Source of the DNA: an archaeon GW2011_AR15
GTDB taxonomy: Archaea > Nanobdellota > Nanobdellia > Woesearchaeales > GW2011-AR15
Assembly: GCA_000830295.1 (NCBI GenBank)
Contig: CP010425.1
Span: 294,884 to 358,883 of the forward strand
Length of the DNA: 64,000 nt
Direction of reading: 5' to 3'
The position numbers were made by a program, and so were the translations under genes. This document shows, in pieces, positions 19,539 through 28,743 of this stretch. Under the pieces are notes generated by a model. That model worked only from the letters and a program-made list of their open reading frames with translations. It had not been told where the DNA came from and did no database searches. Each line of letters starts with the position of its first letter. The first letter of the stretch is position 1.

Positions 19539-19814
19539 TTATGACCTTATTTTCTTGACTTCTTTCAGAAGCTCTGTGTTATCCTTCCTGAGCCTTGAAA
19601 TAGCATCCCTAAGTGCCTTTTTCGGGTCCTTGTCATCTGTCTCGATTATGAATTTTGGCACGCCTATGATTGGGTGGCTTATATTGTAGGCTGATACTGT
19701 CACTTCCTTGTCATTCCACAGCTCCTGCCTCAGGGCGTTGCACAGCGTGTGGCCTTCTCCCTTAAGCTCAAAAACCAGCCTTTTCTTCTTGTCTTCTAGA
19801 ATGTTTATTTCCAT
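19539..19814 (-). CDS. rpoL: DNA-directed RNA polymerase subunit L (Rpb11 homologue)
   Basis: The 91-aa product (..HTLCNALRQEL..VTVSAYNISHPII..) matches the RpoL/Rpb11 fold signature. Confidence 0.8.
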   Translation of the reverse strand: MEINILEDKKKRLVFELKGEGHTLCNALRQELWNDKEVTVSAYNISHPIIGVPKFIIETDDKDPKKALRDAISRLRKDNTELLKEVKKIRS

Positions 19815-19921
19815 ATCCCCTGAGAAATCGCGTTTGGTTTAAAAAGGTTTTGTGTGCCCGCGCAAATATTCCGGAATATGCCGGCTTAGTTTCATTAATC
19901 TGCTATAGGGATAAAACAGCA

Positions 19922-20092
19922 ATGAAAAAACATCCTGTCAAAAAATGGGAGGTAAGCATCAGCGAGCTTCAGGAGGGAATAGACAAAAGGTTTAAGGTCA
20001 CGAGAAGGCTCCCGGACATGTCTGTAGCTGAAACCAGGATATTCAGGGATAAAAAGAAAGCCAGGGCACTATTTGACGAGTGGCTGAAATAA
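19922..20092 (+). CDS. small hypothetical protein (56 aa, basic)
   Basis: The ATG at 19922 is preceded by an AT-rich promoter-like stretch. The longer 19850 start has a Cys/Arg-rich, unlikely N-terminus. The 3' end overlaps the convergent LMW-PTP-like gene. Confidence 0.3.
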   Translation: MKKHPVKKWEVSISELQEGIDKRFKVTRRLPDMSVAETRIFRDKKKARALFDEWLK

Positions 20093-20389
20093 CTCCTCAA
20101 TTCTTGAGTTCAAGATTTCAATAAGCTCGGGCTGGTTATGGGTATAGATATCCGGGATATCTAGATTAAGAATGCGTTTAAGCAGATACTGTTTAGGGAA
20201 CCTCTTGGCTATCTCGCCCCGCTGGTGCCCTTCCATTACTATGATAACATCAGCCCAGGAAATCTGCTTCTCAGTAACAGGCTTCTCGTTATAAAGCCCT
20301 GCTGATCTAGTGTTGAACCTGTCTTTAAAGAGTTCCTCTGCTGTTTTGCTCCTGTTCTGGTTCTGATTGCATATGAACAAAATATTCAT
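20069..20389 (-). CDS. low-molecular-weight phosphotyrosine phosphatase / ArsC-like protein
   Basis: The N-terminal P-loop ILFICNQNQNRS fits the CX5R(S) signature of the LMW-PTP family. The 106-aa protein is short for the family. Confidence 0.55.
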   Translation of the reverse strand: MNILFICNQNQNRSKTAEELFKDRFNTRSAGLYNEKPVTEKQISWADVIIVMEGHQRGEIAKRFPKQYLLKRILNLDIPDIYTHNQPELIEILNSRIEELFQPLVK

Positions 20390-20484
20390 AACAGATAATA
20401 TTGGATGCCTGAATATAAAGTTTGAGGTTTAACGTCTTGTAGAATCAAAATATTCCCTAATCTGAAAAAAGAAAATAAAAAGAA

Positions 20485-21375
20485 TTATTTCTTGCTTTTC
20501 TCCCTGAGAGTATTATACAGCCCTATTACCTTTTTCCCAAGATCGCTCCCTGCAGCCTGGTTTAGTGCTTTTTTAACCCCTTCAGAAATCTCTTCACCTT
20601 TCTCTCTTAGTTTATTGGCCATCTCTTCCCTGTATGTCTCTGCCAAAGCTTCCACATAGTTCTTCTGGGATGCTGCTGCTTTTTCCGGGTCCTTTAGATG
20701 CTCGCTGGCAATAAAATCAGCCAGGCTGTAGTCCCCGCCGCCCATTGCGCGCTCATATGCTGCATTCCATGCGTTTCTGGCCAATTCCGGCTGCTGCCTG
20801 AAATAGTGCTCTGCAAAAAGACCTGCTCCGACCACTGTTTCCGGCATCATAAGCTCATTATACGTTTTCATTAAGGATGCTTCATATGCCATCTCTTCCA
20901 GTGTGTCATCATTAAGCTTCATCCCTGCGATAACCTGGGCTGTGTCATACAGCCCTTTGTCCATTGCTTCATTAAATTCTGACAGGTGCAGCTGCTTTTT
21001 CGCGTCTGCCATCATGCTGCTGTCATTCATTTTTGCAGCAAATTCTATGGCCCCGGCATAATCCCCGTTATTCATTGATGCCTCATATGCAAGCCCCCAC
21101 GCAGTCATGTTTCCTTCATGTATTACATCTTCTGCCTTGGCTACTAACTCCCCTTTTCCAAGCCTTCTTGCAAATTCAAGCGCAGTGGAATAATCTTTGC
21201 TTCCAAATGCTGCTTCAAATCCTGCTGCTCTTGCCTGCTCAAGAAGCTCCGGCTTTTTAGGAAGATATCTCTCTGCTACCATTTCTGCCAGAAGAAAATC
21301 CCCGCCTTTCATTGCCAGATTATACTCTCTCTGGTGAACCAATCCGTCTGTTATTGCCATTTTTATACCCCCCAA
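20485..21375 (-). CDS. hypothetical alpha-helical repeat protein
   Basis: At least five degenerate repeats of about 36-40 aa begin with G(D/L)(Y/F)xxAxx(F/I)A... (GDFLLAEMVAER, KDYSTALEFARR, GDYAGAIEFAAK, GLYDTAQVIAGM, GDYSLADFIASE). No signal peptide is apparent. Confidence 0.5.
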   Translation of the reverse strand: MGGIKMAITDGLVHQREYNLAMKGGDFLLAEMVAERYLPKKPELLEQARAAGFEAAFGSKDYSTALEFARRLGKGELVAKAEDVIHEGNMTAWGLAYEASMNNGDYAGAIEFAAKMNDSSMMADAKKQLHLSEFNEAMDKGLYDTAQVIAGMKLNDDTLEEMAYEASLMKTYNELMMPETVVGAGLFAEHYFRQQPELARNAWNAAYERAMGGGDYSLADFIASEHLKDPEKAAASQKNYVEALAETYREEMANKLREKGEEISEGVKKALNQAAGSDLGKKVIGLYNTLREKSKK

Positions 21376-21486
21376 ATATGCTAATTTTGTATAAAAGAAC
21401 AGAAAGTTATATTTAAAGCCGATTATCAGTTTCTCAGATTATTTTCTAAAACCTTAAATATCATATTTGTTTCCAAGGGTGCACAG

Positions 21487-24312
21487 ATGAAAGAGTTGAG
21501 AAAAACACAGGAAAAGTGGGTAAAGAAGTGGGCAACTGCAAAGATATTTGAGACTAAGCCGGACAAGAGGAAAAAGTTCTTCGGCACATTCCCATATCCC
21601 TATGTCAACGCCTACCTTCATCTCGGCCATTTCTATTCTTCAATGAGGCTGGAGGCGCTGTCAAGATTCAAGAGGATGCGCGGATTCAACGTTCTGTATG
21701 CCCAGGGATGGCACTGCACAGGCTCTCCTATTGTAAACGCCGCAAAAAGGATTGAGGAGAATGAGCCGAAACAGTGGGACATCATGAGGATGCAGGGCTT
21801 CTCTGACAAGGAAATAGAAAATTTCTCAGATCCTGTAGCCTGGGTTGAGTATTTCCCTGATGAGGCAAGAAAGGATTTCACAGCAATGGGATATTCCATT
21901 GACTGGAGACGCGAGTTCATAACAACAGAGCTGAACAAGTCATATGACGCTTTTATAAAATGGCAGTTCAGGAAGCTGAAGGAGAAAGGCTATGTAACAA
22001 TCGGGAAATTCCCTGTTGTCTGGGATCCTGTTGACAACAACCCTGTCGGAGACCACGACAGGATAGAGGGGGAAGGGGAAACGCCGCAGGAATATGTGCT
22101 TGTCAAGCACAGGCTAGGGGAAAAATATGTTGTTACGGCAACCCTGAGGCCGGATACGATAATGGGAGTAACAAACCTTTATGTCAATCCCGCATCACAG
22201 CTGGTGGAGGCAAATGTTGATGATGAGCTGTGGATAATTTCAGAAAAAACTGCAAGAGAGCTGGGCTTTCAGGAAAAAAGTGTAAAGATATTCAAAAAAA
22301 TAACAGGCCTTGATTTAATAGGGAAAAAAGTTAAAGAATTTTCAGGAGCTGAAGTGCTTATACTGCCTGCAGCCTTCGTAAGCACAGAGATAGGGACCGG
22401 GATTGTCCACTCTGTCCCGAGCGATTCAGCAGACGACCTTATTGCGCTTTATGACCTGCAGAATGATGAGAAAGAATGCAAAAAATACGGCCTGAAGTTT
22501 GAAGATGTGAAGGCTGTAAAGCCTATTGCAGTGCTTGAGATTCCGGGATACGGAAAAATCCCTGCCGAGGATGTGATAAAAAGGCTTGGGATAAGGAACC
22601 AGACAGAAAAAGAAAAGCTGGGTAAAGCAAAAGAACTGCTCTACAAGGATGGCTTCTACAAGGGAAAGCTGAACAGTCTCTATGCAAAAAAATTTTCAAA
22701 GGACCTTTCAGGAAAGAAAGTTGATGAGGTAAAGGAATTAATCAGGGAAGAGCTTATTGCCTCTGAATTCGGGGACAGGTATTACCAGCTTACAGGGAAG
22801 GTTATAGCAAGGACGCTGGCAGAGTGCGTCGTGAAGATAGTGGACAACCAGTGGTTCATGGCTTACGGCGACGGGGATTGGAAAAAGAAAGCCCATGAGT
22901 GCCTTGACAATATGAAGCTCTACCCTGAAAAAACAAGGAGCCAGTTTGACTATGTTCTGGACTGGTTGAGGAACTGGGCCTGCACAAGAGAATTCGGGCT
23001 GGGCACAAAGCTGCCGTGGGACGGGAAATGGCTGATTGAATCGCTTTCAGATTCAACAATCTACATGGCATATTATACAATAGTTCATAAAATTAAAGAG
23101 GTTCCTGCGGAAAACCTTGATGATGCTTTCTTTGATTATGTCCTGCTTGGGAAAGGGGACAGGAAAAATCTGAAGGTTCCTGCAAAACTGGCAGATGAAC
23201 TGAGGGAGGAATTTGAATACTGGTATCCGATGGATTTCAGGAACACAGGAAAGGACCTTATCCAGAACCACATGTCCTTCTGCATATTCAACCATACTGC
23301 AATTTTCCCGAAAAAGCACTGGCCCCGCTCTTTTGGGTTGAACGGCCATGTCATGGTTGACGGCGACAAAATGTCGAAGAGCAAGGGGAACTTCATCTCG
23401 ATGAGGCAGGCAAATGATGATTACGGGGCAGATGCTTCAAGGTTCACTGCGCTTTCAGGCGGGGAAGGGATTGATGATGCAAATTTCGACAGGGAGCTTG
23501 CAAAAACAATGTCCTCAAAGCTCCTCTCGCTCCTGGATTTTGCAAAGGAGAACTACAACAAGGGCCGCGACAAGAAGCTGGCGATTGATGAATGGATGGA
23601 CAACAGGATAAGCTCAATAATCGCAAAAACAACAGAAAACTACGAGGAAACATTATTCAGAAGTGCGCTGCAGAACTGCTATTTCGATATGCAGAATGCC
23701 CTGAAATGGTATATGAGAAGATGCAACAACAAGCCCAACAAAAAAACAATAAGCAGGTTCATTGAAGTCCAGGCATTGCTTATGTCCCCTATAACCCCTT
23801 TTGTTGCCGAAGAGATATGGGGAAAAATAGGGAAAAAAGGATTTATTTCTGAGGCAGAATGGCCGAAAGCAGGAAAAATTTCAGAAGACAGGAGCGAGGA
23901 CATGATAAAGGACACTCTTGAGGACATCCATTCTGTGCTTGACCTATTGAAGATAGGCAGGCCAAAGAAAATAAGGCTGTTTGTTGCAGAGAAATGGAAG
24001 TATGACCTTTACAGGCTGCTGAAAAAAGAGCTTGAAAACACAAGGGATTTCGGAAAGCTGATGGCAGCTGTGATGAAAGAGCAGAGATTCAAGGAGCACA
24101 GCAAGGACATAGCAAAAATAATACAGAAGGCTGTGAAAACCGGCATAGAGGAGGCCATGCCGCAGGACAGGGAACTGAAAGTCCTGAAGGAAAGCGCTGA
24201 TTTCTTCAAAGAAGAGTTCAGTGCTGAGATAGAAATCCTTGAAGCTGAAAAAAGCAGCGAGGGAAAGGCAAAGCAGGCCCTCCCCGGAAAGGTTGCAATA
24301 ATAATTGAGTAG
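21487..24312 (+). CDS. leuS: leucyl-tRNA synthetase (archaeal type)
   Basis: The 941-aa class I aaRS has a HIGH motif (HLGHFYS), a CP1 editing domain and KMSKS (KMSKSKGN). Confidence 0.9.
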   Translation: MKELRKTQEKWVKKWATAKIFETKPDKRKKFFGTFPYPYVNAYLHLGHFYSSMRLEALSRFKRMRGFNVLYAQGWHCTGSPIVNAAKRIEENEPKQWDIMRMQGFSDKEIENFSDPVAWVEYFPDEARKDFTAMGYSIDWRREFITTELNKSYDAFIKWQFRKLKEKGYVTIGKFPVVWDPVDNNPVGDHDRIEGEGETPQEYVLVKHRLGEKYVVTATLRPDTIMGVTNLYVNPASQLVEANVDDELWIISEKTARELGFQEKSVKIFKKITGLDLIGKKVKEFSGAEVLILPAAFVSTEIGTGIVHSVPSDSADDLIALYDLQNDEKECKKYGLKFEDVKAVKPIAVLEIPGYGKIPAEDVIKRLGIRNQTEKEKLGKAKELLYKDGFYKGKLNSLYAKKFSKDLSGKKVDEVKELIREELIASEFGDRYYQLTGKVIARTLAECVVKIVDNQWFMAYGDGDWKKKAHECLDNMKLYPEKTRSQFDYVLDWLRNWACTREFGLGTKLPWDGKWLIESLSDSTIYMAYYTIVHKIKEVPAENLDDAFFDYVLLGKGDRKNLKVPAKLADELREEFEYWYPMDFRNTGKDLIQNHMSFCIFNHTAIFPKKHWPRSFGLNGHVMVDGDKMSKSKGNFISMRQANDDYGADASRFTALSGGEGIDDANFDRELAKTMSSKLLSLLDFAKENYNKGRDKKLAIDEWMDNRISSIIAKTTENYEETLFRSALQNCYFDMQNALKWYMRRCNNKPNKKTISRFIEVQALLMSPITPFVAEEIWGKIGKKGFISEAEWPKAGKISEDRSEDMIKDTLEDIHSVLDLLKIGRPKKIRLFVAEKWKYDLYRLLKKELENTRDFGKLMAAVMKEQRFKEHSKDIAKIIQKAVKTGIEEAMPQDRELKVLKESADFFKEEFSAEIEILEAEKSSEGKAKQALPGKVAIIIE

Positions 24313-24321
24313 GTGATAAGA

Positions 24322-24678
24322 ATGAAAAATATTGCCCCTAATGTATTCAGACAAAGGCTACTAATTGAAGGGTTCTACACCATAAATGTTAATAAAGACA
24401 CTATAAAAAAATACTTTCACGGTATAGTAAGAGAGTTAAAAACAAAGATGTATGGTGACCCTATAATTTTTTCTCCTGCTGGCGAAGGAAAAGAGGAGAA
24501 TCAGGGGTATGACGCTTTTGCTCCTCTGATTGATTCAGGAATATCTTTGTATATATGGGCTAATTCCAAGTTTTTTTCAATAATTCTCTATACATGCAAA
24601 GAATTTGATGGGAAGACAGCAGTAAACTTCACGAAAAAGTTCTTTAAGGCAAAAGAAGTTGTTTATGAGGGATTTTAA
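24322..24678 (+). CDS. S-adenosylmethionine decarboxylase (SpeH)-like pyruvoyl-enzyme family protein, variant processing site
   Basis: The stretch ..APLIDSGISLYIWANS.. aligns with the SpeH ..LSESHLSIHTWPE.. cleavage/pyruvoyl region but has Asp-Ser where Glu-Ser is expected. The track started at a GTG overlapping the leuS stop, so I prefer the ATG at 24322. Confidence 0.5.
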   Translation: MKNIAPNVFRQRLLIEGFYTINVNKDTIKKYFHGIVRELKTKMYGDPIIFSPAGEGKEENQGYDAFAPLIDSGISLYIWANSKFFSIILYTCKEFDGKTAVNFTKKFFKAKEVVYEGF

Positions 24679-24722
24679 GGAACTGAGTAAACTTTTTATA
24701 TTCTTATAAATAAACAGGTTTA

Positions 24723-25445
24723 ATGGTAAAGAATTTACTCTATAATTCTCTTGCAAAATATTACGATAAAATATACCACTGGAAAGACTACAAAAAAGAG
24801 ACAAAGAAAATAATTGAACTGATAAACAAGCATAAAAAGTCAAAAGGAAAGGAGCTATTGGATGTTGCCTGCGGGACAGGGACGCATATTTCTCTCCTGA
24901 AGAAAAAATTCAATTGCACAGGTGTTGACCTCAATGAGGATATGCTCAGAGTCGCAAGGAAAAAGGTAAGGGGAGTCGTTTTCAGAAAAGCTGATATGGC
25001 TTCTTTCAGCTTAAACAAAAAGTTTGATGTCATTACCTGTTTATTCAGTGCCATAGGTCATCTTAAGACAGACAGGCAGATTGAGAGGGCAATAGAAAGT
25101 TTTTCCAGGCACCTGAAACAGGGCGGAGTGCTTGTCATAGAACCATGGATAACAAAAGAAACATACAGCGGAGACCTGCCTTTCATGAGGACATATGATT
25201 CTGACAATCTAAAGATAGCGAGGCTCAATGTCTCAAAGAAAAAAGGAGACATGTTCATACTTGAAGTGCACTACCTTGTCGCAGAGAGGGGCAAAGGCGT
25301 CAGCTATTTCAGGGAAACCAGCAGACTGAAATTCTCCGAAACCGGGAAGATGCTGAAATACATGAAAAAATATGGTATTAAGGCAAAATTCCTGAAGAAC
25401 GGGCTTATGAAAGGCAGGGGTTTGTTTGTCGGTGTGAAATTGTAA
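24723..25445 (+). CDS. class I SAM-dependent methyltransferase
   Basis: It has motif I LDVACGTGTHISLL, motif II DVITCLFS and a post-I acidic residue. The architecture resembles small-molecule N- or O-methyltransferases. Confidence 0.7.
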   Translation: MVKNLLYNSLAKYYDKIYHWKDYKKETKKIIELINKHKKSKGKELLDVACGTGTHISLLKKKFNCTGVDLNEDMLRVARKKVRGVVFRKADMASFSLNKKFDVITCLFSAIGHLKTDRQIERAIESFSRHLKQGGVLVIEPWITKETYSGDLPFMRTYDSDNLKIARLNVSKKKGDMFILEVHYLVAERGKGVSYFRETSRLKFSETGKMLKYMKKYGIKAKFLKNGLMKGRGLFVGVKL

Positions 25446-25489
25446 TCCATGCGATATCTTTATAAAGCAAACGTTTTTTCCAAGACACT

Positions 25490-25690
25490 ATGATTATACC
25501 CGTAAGATGCTTCAGCTGCGGCAAGCCAATTGGCCACCTGTGGGAAGATTTTGTTTCTAAGACCAACAACAGGACACAGAAAGTAAAGGAAACACTGGAT
25601 GACCTTGGCGTGGAAAGATATTGCTGCAGGGCAATGTTCATGGGCCAGGTAGACCTTATGGACACAGTTTCTGCTTTCAAGAAATTCTAG
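25490..25690 (+). CDS. rpoN: DNA-directed RNA polymerase subunit N (Rpb10 homologue)
   Basis: The 66-aa product begins MIIPVRCFSCGKPIG...YCCRAMF, which is the canonical RpoN zinc-bundle sequence. Confidence 0.9.
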   Translation: MIIPVRCFSCGKPIGHLWEDFVSKTNNRTQKVKETLDDLGVERYCCRAMFMGQVDLMDTVSAFKKF

Positions 25691-26304
25691 TTTTCTGCAA
25701 TAACTGTAAAATACTTCAGGGTCCACATCGGATAGTGCTTCTTATACCCTATTATTCTGAATCTCTTCTGCTTCAGGAATCCTATAAATTCATCGCGGCC
25801 GAACATAGTATCATACGGCCTGTCAAACAGCATTTTCATAATCCTCCCTATTGGTGTCCTGAATGTTTCTCTTGATAATTCCTCAGCCACTAAATAGCCT
25901 CCGGGCTTCAGGACCCTCCCCAGCTCTTTTATGCATTTTTTCCATTCTGTGATATGGTTTATCACCCCAAAGCTGAATACGACATCAAAAGAATTAGCAG
26001 GATATTTCAGCCTTGTTGCATCCCCTTTTTCAAAGACTATTGCCGGGTTCTTTATTTTTTTCCTGGCAATGGCTATCATTTTCTCATCCAGGTCAACAGC
26101 ATATAATTTTTTGAGGGAGAAATATTCCAGCAGCGCTTTTGACTCAGAGCCGTTGCTGCATCCTATGTCCAGCGCAACTGCATCCTTTGGCAGGCTGAGC
26201 CTGAACTGCCTGGCCTTTGTTTTTCCCTGCAGAAAATCTGCAAAGGGATTGCTTACAACCGCAAACTCAAGCTTATTTAGCTTCATTTTACCTGAAAATA
26301 GCAT
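25687..26304 (-). CDS. class I SAM-dependent methyltransferase (UbiE/COQ5-like)
   Basis: It carries motif I ALDIGCSNGSES, motif II FDVVFSF and a motif III LKPGGYLV. Confidence 0.7.
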   Translation of the reverse strand: MLFSGKMKLNKLEFAVVSNPFADFLQGKTKARQFRLSLPKDAVALDIGCSNGSESKALLEYFSLKKLYAVDLDEKMIAIARKKIKNPAIVFEKGDATRLKYPANSFDVVFSFGVINHITEWKKCIKELGRVLKPGGYLVAEELSRETFRTPIGRIMKMLFDRPYDTMFGRDEFIGFLKQKRFRIIGYKKHYPMWTLKYFTVIAEN

Positions 26305-27280
26305 ACCTGCTGTTTTTCATAATAATCTTTTTTCCCAGTCTTGCTTCTGCGACAGAGATTGTAGGCTGCATGTCTTCTGTATACACATAATCCTGGTGCC
26401 ATACATTCTCCCTGTGCTTAAAGCTCTTTACCCCGTAGCTCCCACCGAAATGGTCATTCCTCCCGAGCGCTATGTGCATGCCAAGCTTCTCATCAAGCAG
26501 CACTTTCCCTGAGCTCTTTAGGCCATACTGCCCAAGGACACCGAAAGCCAGCTCTGCTATATTGCCCACTGCAGGGTCTTCCCTTATTTTCTTCATTAGT
26601 TTGGTTTCCCTGTCTGCATCAGTTATTTTGTTTCCACTGACTTTGTAGACCGTAACCTTGCCTTTTTTTTCCTGTATTGGAAGAAACCCTTCTGTCCTGC
26701 TTCCCCCTGTATCGACAGGAGTGATGAATGCCTCTCCGCTCGGCAGGTTTATTATCTTGCCTCTTGCCTTGCAGAGCCCGTCATCCTTTAGCGGCTTTCT
26801 TTCCTTCAAATCAACAAATAACCGGTGTTTTTTTCTTCCTACCCTGAAAATAATTTCCGCAGAATTCTCTTTAAGCATGATGTCATAAATCTTAGAGACC
26901 TTTTTTGCAACATCCTTATAGTCCACTTCCATTGCAGGCAACATTTTTTCATTGAAGCCGGGCATGCTTGCTCCCCTGAACCCGTATTTCCTGGCGGCCC
27001 TTGACAATGGGGCAGTTGCTGAGTATCTTGTCAGGGCAATAACTATGTCTGCTTTTGAGACTTCAGAGATTGCCTGCACAGGGATGTCTGCATTGTTGGA
27101 GCCTGTGGCAGGATAGCTTATCAGTTTTGCCCTGTATCTTTTTAGCTCGGCATGCCATTTTTTTGCCAGCTTTTTCCTGAATTTCCAGTCTGCATCCTCT
27201 TCTTTGGAAGTATCAAAAAGAATGGCTATTTTTTCGCCTTTCTTGTAGCCGAAAACATCCCTCATCAGGCCGGTTATCAT
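26288..27280 (-). CDS. putative aminopeptidase (M29/AmpS-like, shortened)
   Basis: The C-terminal GMHIALGRNDHF and internal SGEAFITPV resemble conserved segments of thermophilic aminopeptidase T. Its 330-aa length is shorter than canonical members. Confidence 0.4.
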   Translation of the reverse strand: MITGLMRDVFGYKKGEKIAILFDTSKEEDADWKFRKKLAKKWHAELKRYRAKLISYPATGSNNADIPVQAISEVSKADIVIALTRYSATAPLSRAARKYGFRGASMPGFNEKMLPAMEVDYKDVAKKVSKIYDIMLKENSAEIIFRVGRKKHRLFVDLKERKPLKDDGLCKARGKIINLPSGEAFITPVDTGGSRTEGFLPIQEKKGKVTVYKVSGNKITDADRETKLMKKIREDPAVGNIAELAFGVLGQYGLKSSGKVLLDEKLGMHIALGRNDHFGGSYGVKSFKHRENVWHQDYVYTEDMQPTISVAEARLGKKIIMKNSRYAIFR

Positions 27281-27358
27281 AGGCCTGCTAATCCTGGCCT
27301 GCTTAAATAGTTAACTGGGCCATATACCTTTTTATATACAATTTTTCTACTGCCTTAA

Positions 27359-27844
27359 ATGACATCAATAGGTCTTGATTCGCGGCTTGAGAACTATCTG
27401 GAAAGATATGACTTAATCAATGATCCGCTCTATGCACTAAGAATCAGTTTGCTATATGACAAGGGAGTAGAAATGAATTCTGAGGTAAATCACAAAATGG
27501 CTGTAGCCACAAGTAGCCTGGTCAAAACAATAATCCACTCCTCTGGATTAGTAATGGCAGGAGTGCCTAGGGAGGATGTCATGAATATACTTGGTGATAT
27601 TATAGACAATAATCGCCTTCCCCCTGTTTTTTTTCATATAGCAAACTCAGTTACCAGAACTTATGAGGATTGCATTAAAACTGAGCCTGACCTGCAGAAA
27701 AGGCAGCATAAAATGGCCATGCTCCATGCAGCATATCTGATTGGAAGCAACCTTGACCCTGAGGCATATTTAAGAAAAATGGAAGAGACGTTCAGGTATG
27801 TAGATTATGTCAGCAGGATAATAGATTCCGCTAAACTGAATTAA
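27359..27844 (+). CDS. hypothetical protein (161 aa)
   Basis: A clean ORF with no recognisable family. Confidence 0.4.
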   Translation: MTSIGLDSRLENYLERYDLINDPLYALRISLLYDKGVEMNSEVNHKMAVATSSLVKTIIHSSGLVMAGVPREDVMNILGDIIDNNRLPPVFFHIANSVTRTYEDCIKTEPDLQKRQHKMAMLHAAYLIGSNLDPEAYLRKMEETFRYVDYVSRIIDSAKLN

Positions 27845-27891
27845 CTGGCCAATCCACAATCTTTTTATATAGATAGACCATTCTTTAAACC

Positions 27892-28704
27892 ATGTGCGCA
27901 CGCATACTTTTTCTGGGAACAGCAGGGGATGCTATGGTTGCGGGAAAGCAGCACAGGGCATCCGGCGGAGTAATCCTGGATTTTGACGGAACGCAGTTCC
28001 ATGTTGACCCCGGCCCTGCTTCATTGCTCATGGCCAAGGCAGCCAGCGTCAATCTCAGGGAAAATACAGCAGTGTTTATTACAGGTAATGACATGCTGAG
28101 GGCCAATGACGTGAATGCCGTCATAAGTGCAATGACCCATGAGGGCCTGGACAAAATCGGCGTTCTTGTCTGCCCATCTTCTGTTGCAGAAGAAAAAGAG
28201 AACAGCCAGCCTTTCCTTAACAGGGAGCATAAGAATTTCCTTGAAAGGATGATTATTATCGACAATACAGAGAAAATCGGAATCAATGATATTGACATAG
28301 AGATCATAAAGCTGAAAGAGCCTGTCGGAAAGACCTGCGGATACAGGTTCATAACCCAGAAATTCAGCATAGCCTACCTTCCCCAGACACCTTATTCCAG
28401 CCTGATAGTCGATGCCCTGAAAGATACAGACATAATCATAATAGGACTGAAAACGCCTGGGGAATCAAAAGAGAATGAGCCGATGTCCACAAAAGATGCT
28501 GAGAAGCTGATCAATATTGTGAAGCCCCAGCTCGCTGTGGTCACATCATTCGGCGTCAAGATGCTCCAGGCAGACCCGCTGTATGAGGCAAGGGAAATAC
28601 AAAGAAATACAGGCATCCAGGTTATTGCAGCAAAAGACGGCATGACCATAAACCCAATGTCATTCACAACAACAGTCAGGCAGAAGAGCCTGAAGGGATT
28701 CTAG
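27892..28704 (+). CDS. hypothetical protein with an MBL-fold-like N-terminus lacking HxHxDH
   Basis: The N-terminus ILFLGTAGD...GGVILDFDGTQFHVDPGP resembles the start of metallo-beta-lactamase-fold proteins. The metal-binding HxHxDH motif is absent. Confidence 0.4.
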   Translation: MCARILFLGTAGDAMVAGKQHRASGGVILDFDGTQFHVDPGPASLLMAKAASVNLRENTAVFITGNDMLRANDVNAVISAMTHEGLDKIGVLVCPSSVAEEKENSQPFLNREHKNFLERMIIIDNTEKIGINDIDIEIIKLKEPVGKTCGYRFITQKFSIAYLPQTPYSSLIVDALKDTDIIIIGLKTPGESKENEPMSTKDAEKLINIVKPQLAVVTSFGVKMLQADPLYEAREIQRNTGIQVIAAKDGMTINPMSFTTTVRQKSLKGF

Positions 28705-28743
28705 CAATTGCTTTAAGAATAAGCTAATTTTCTCTGCCTCTTT

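Noticed and set aside
19850-20092. 80-aa version of the small plus-strand ORF
   Set aside because: The N-terminal 24 codons (MCARANIPEYAGLVSLICYRDKTA) run through the likely promoter region. I kept the internal ATG at 19922 instead, and even that call is tentative.
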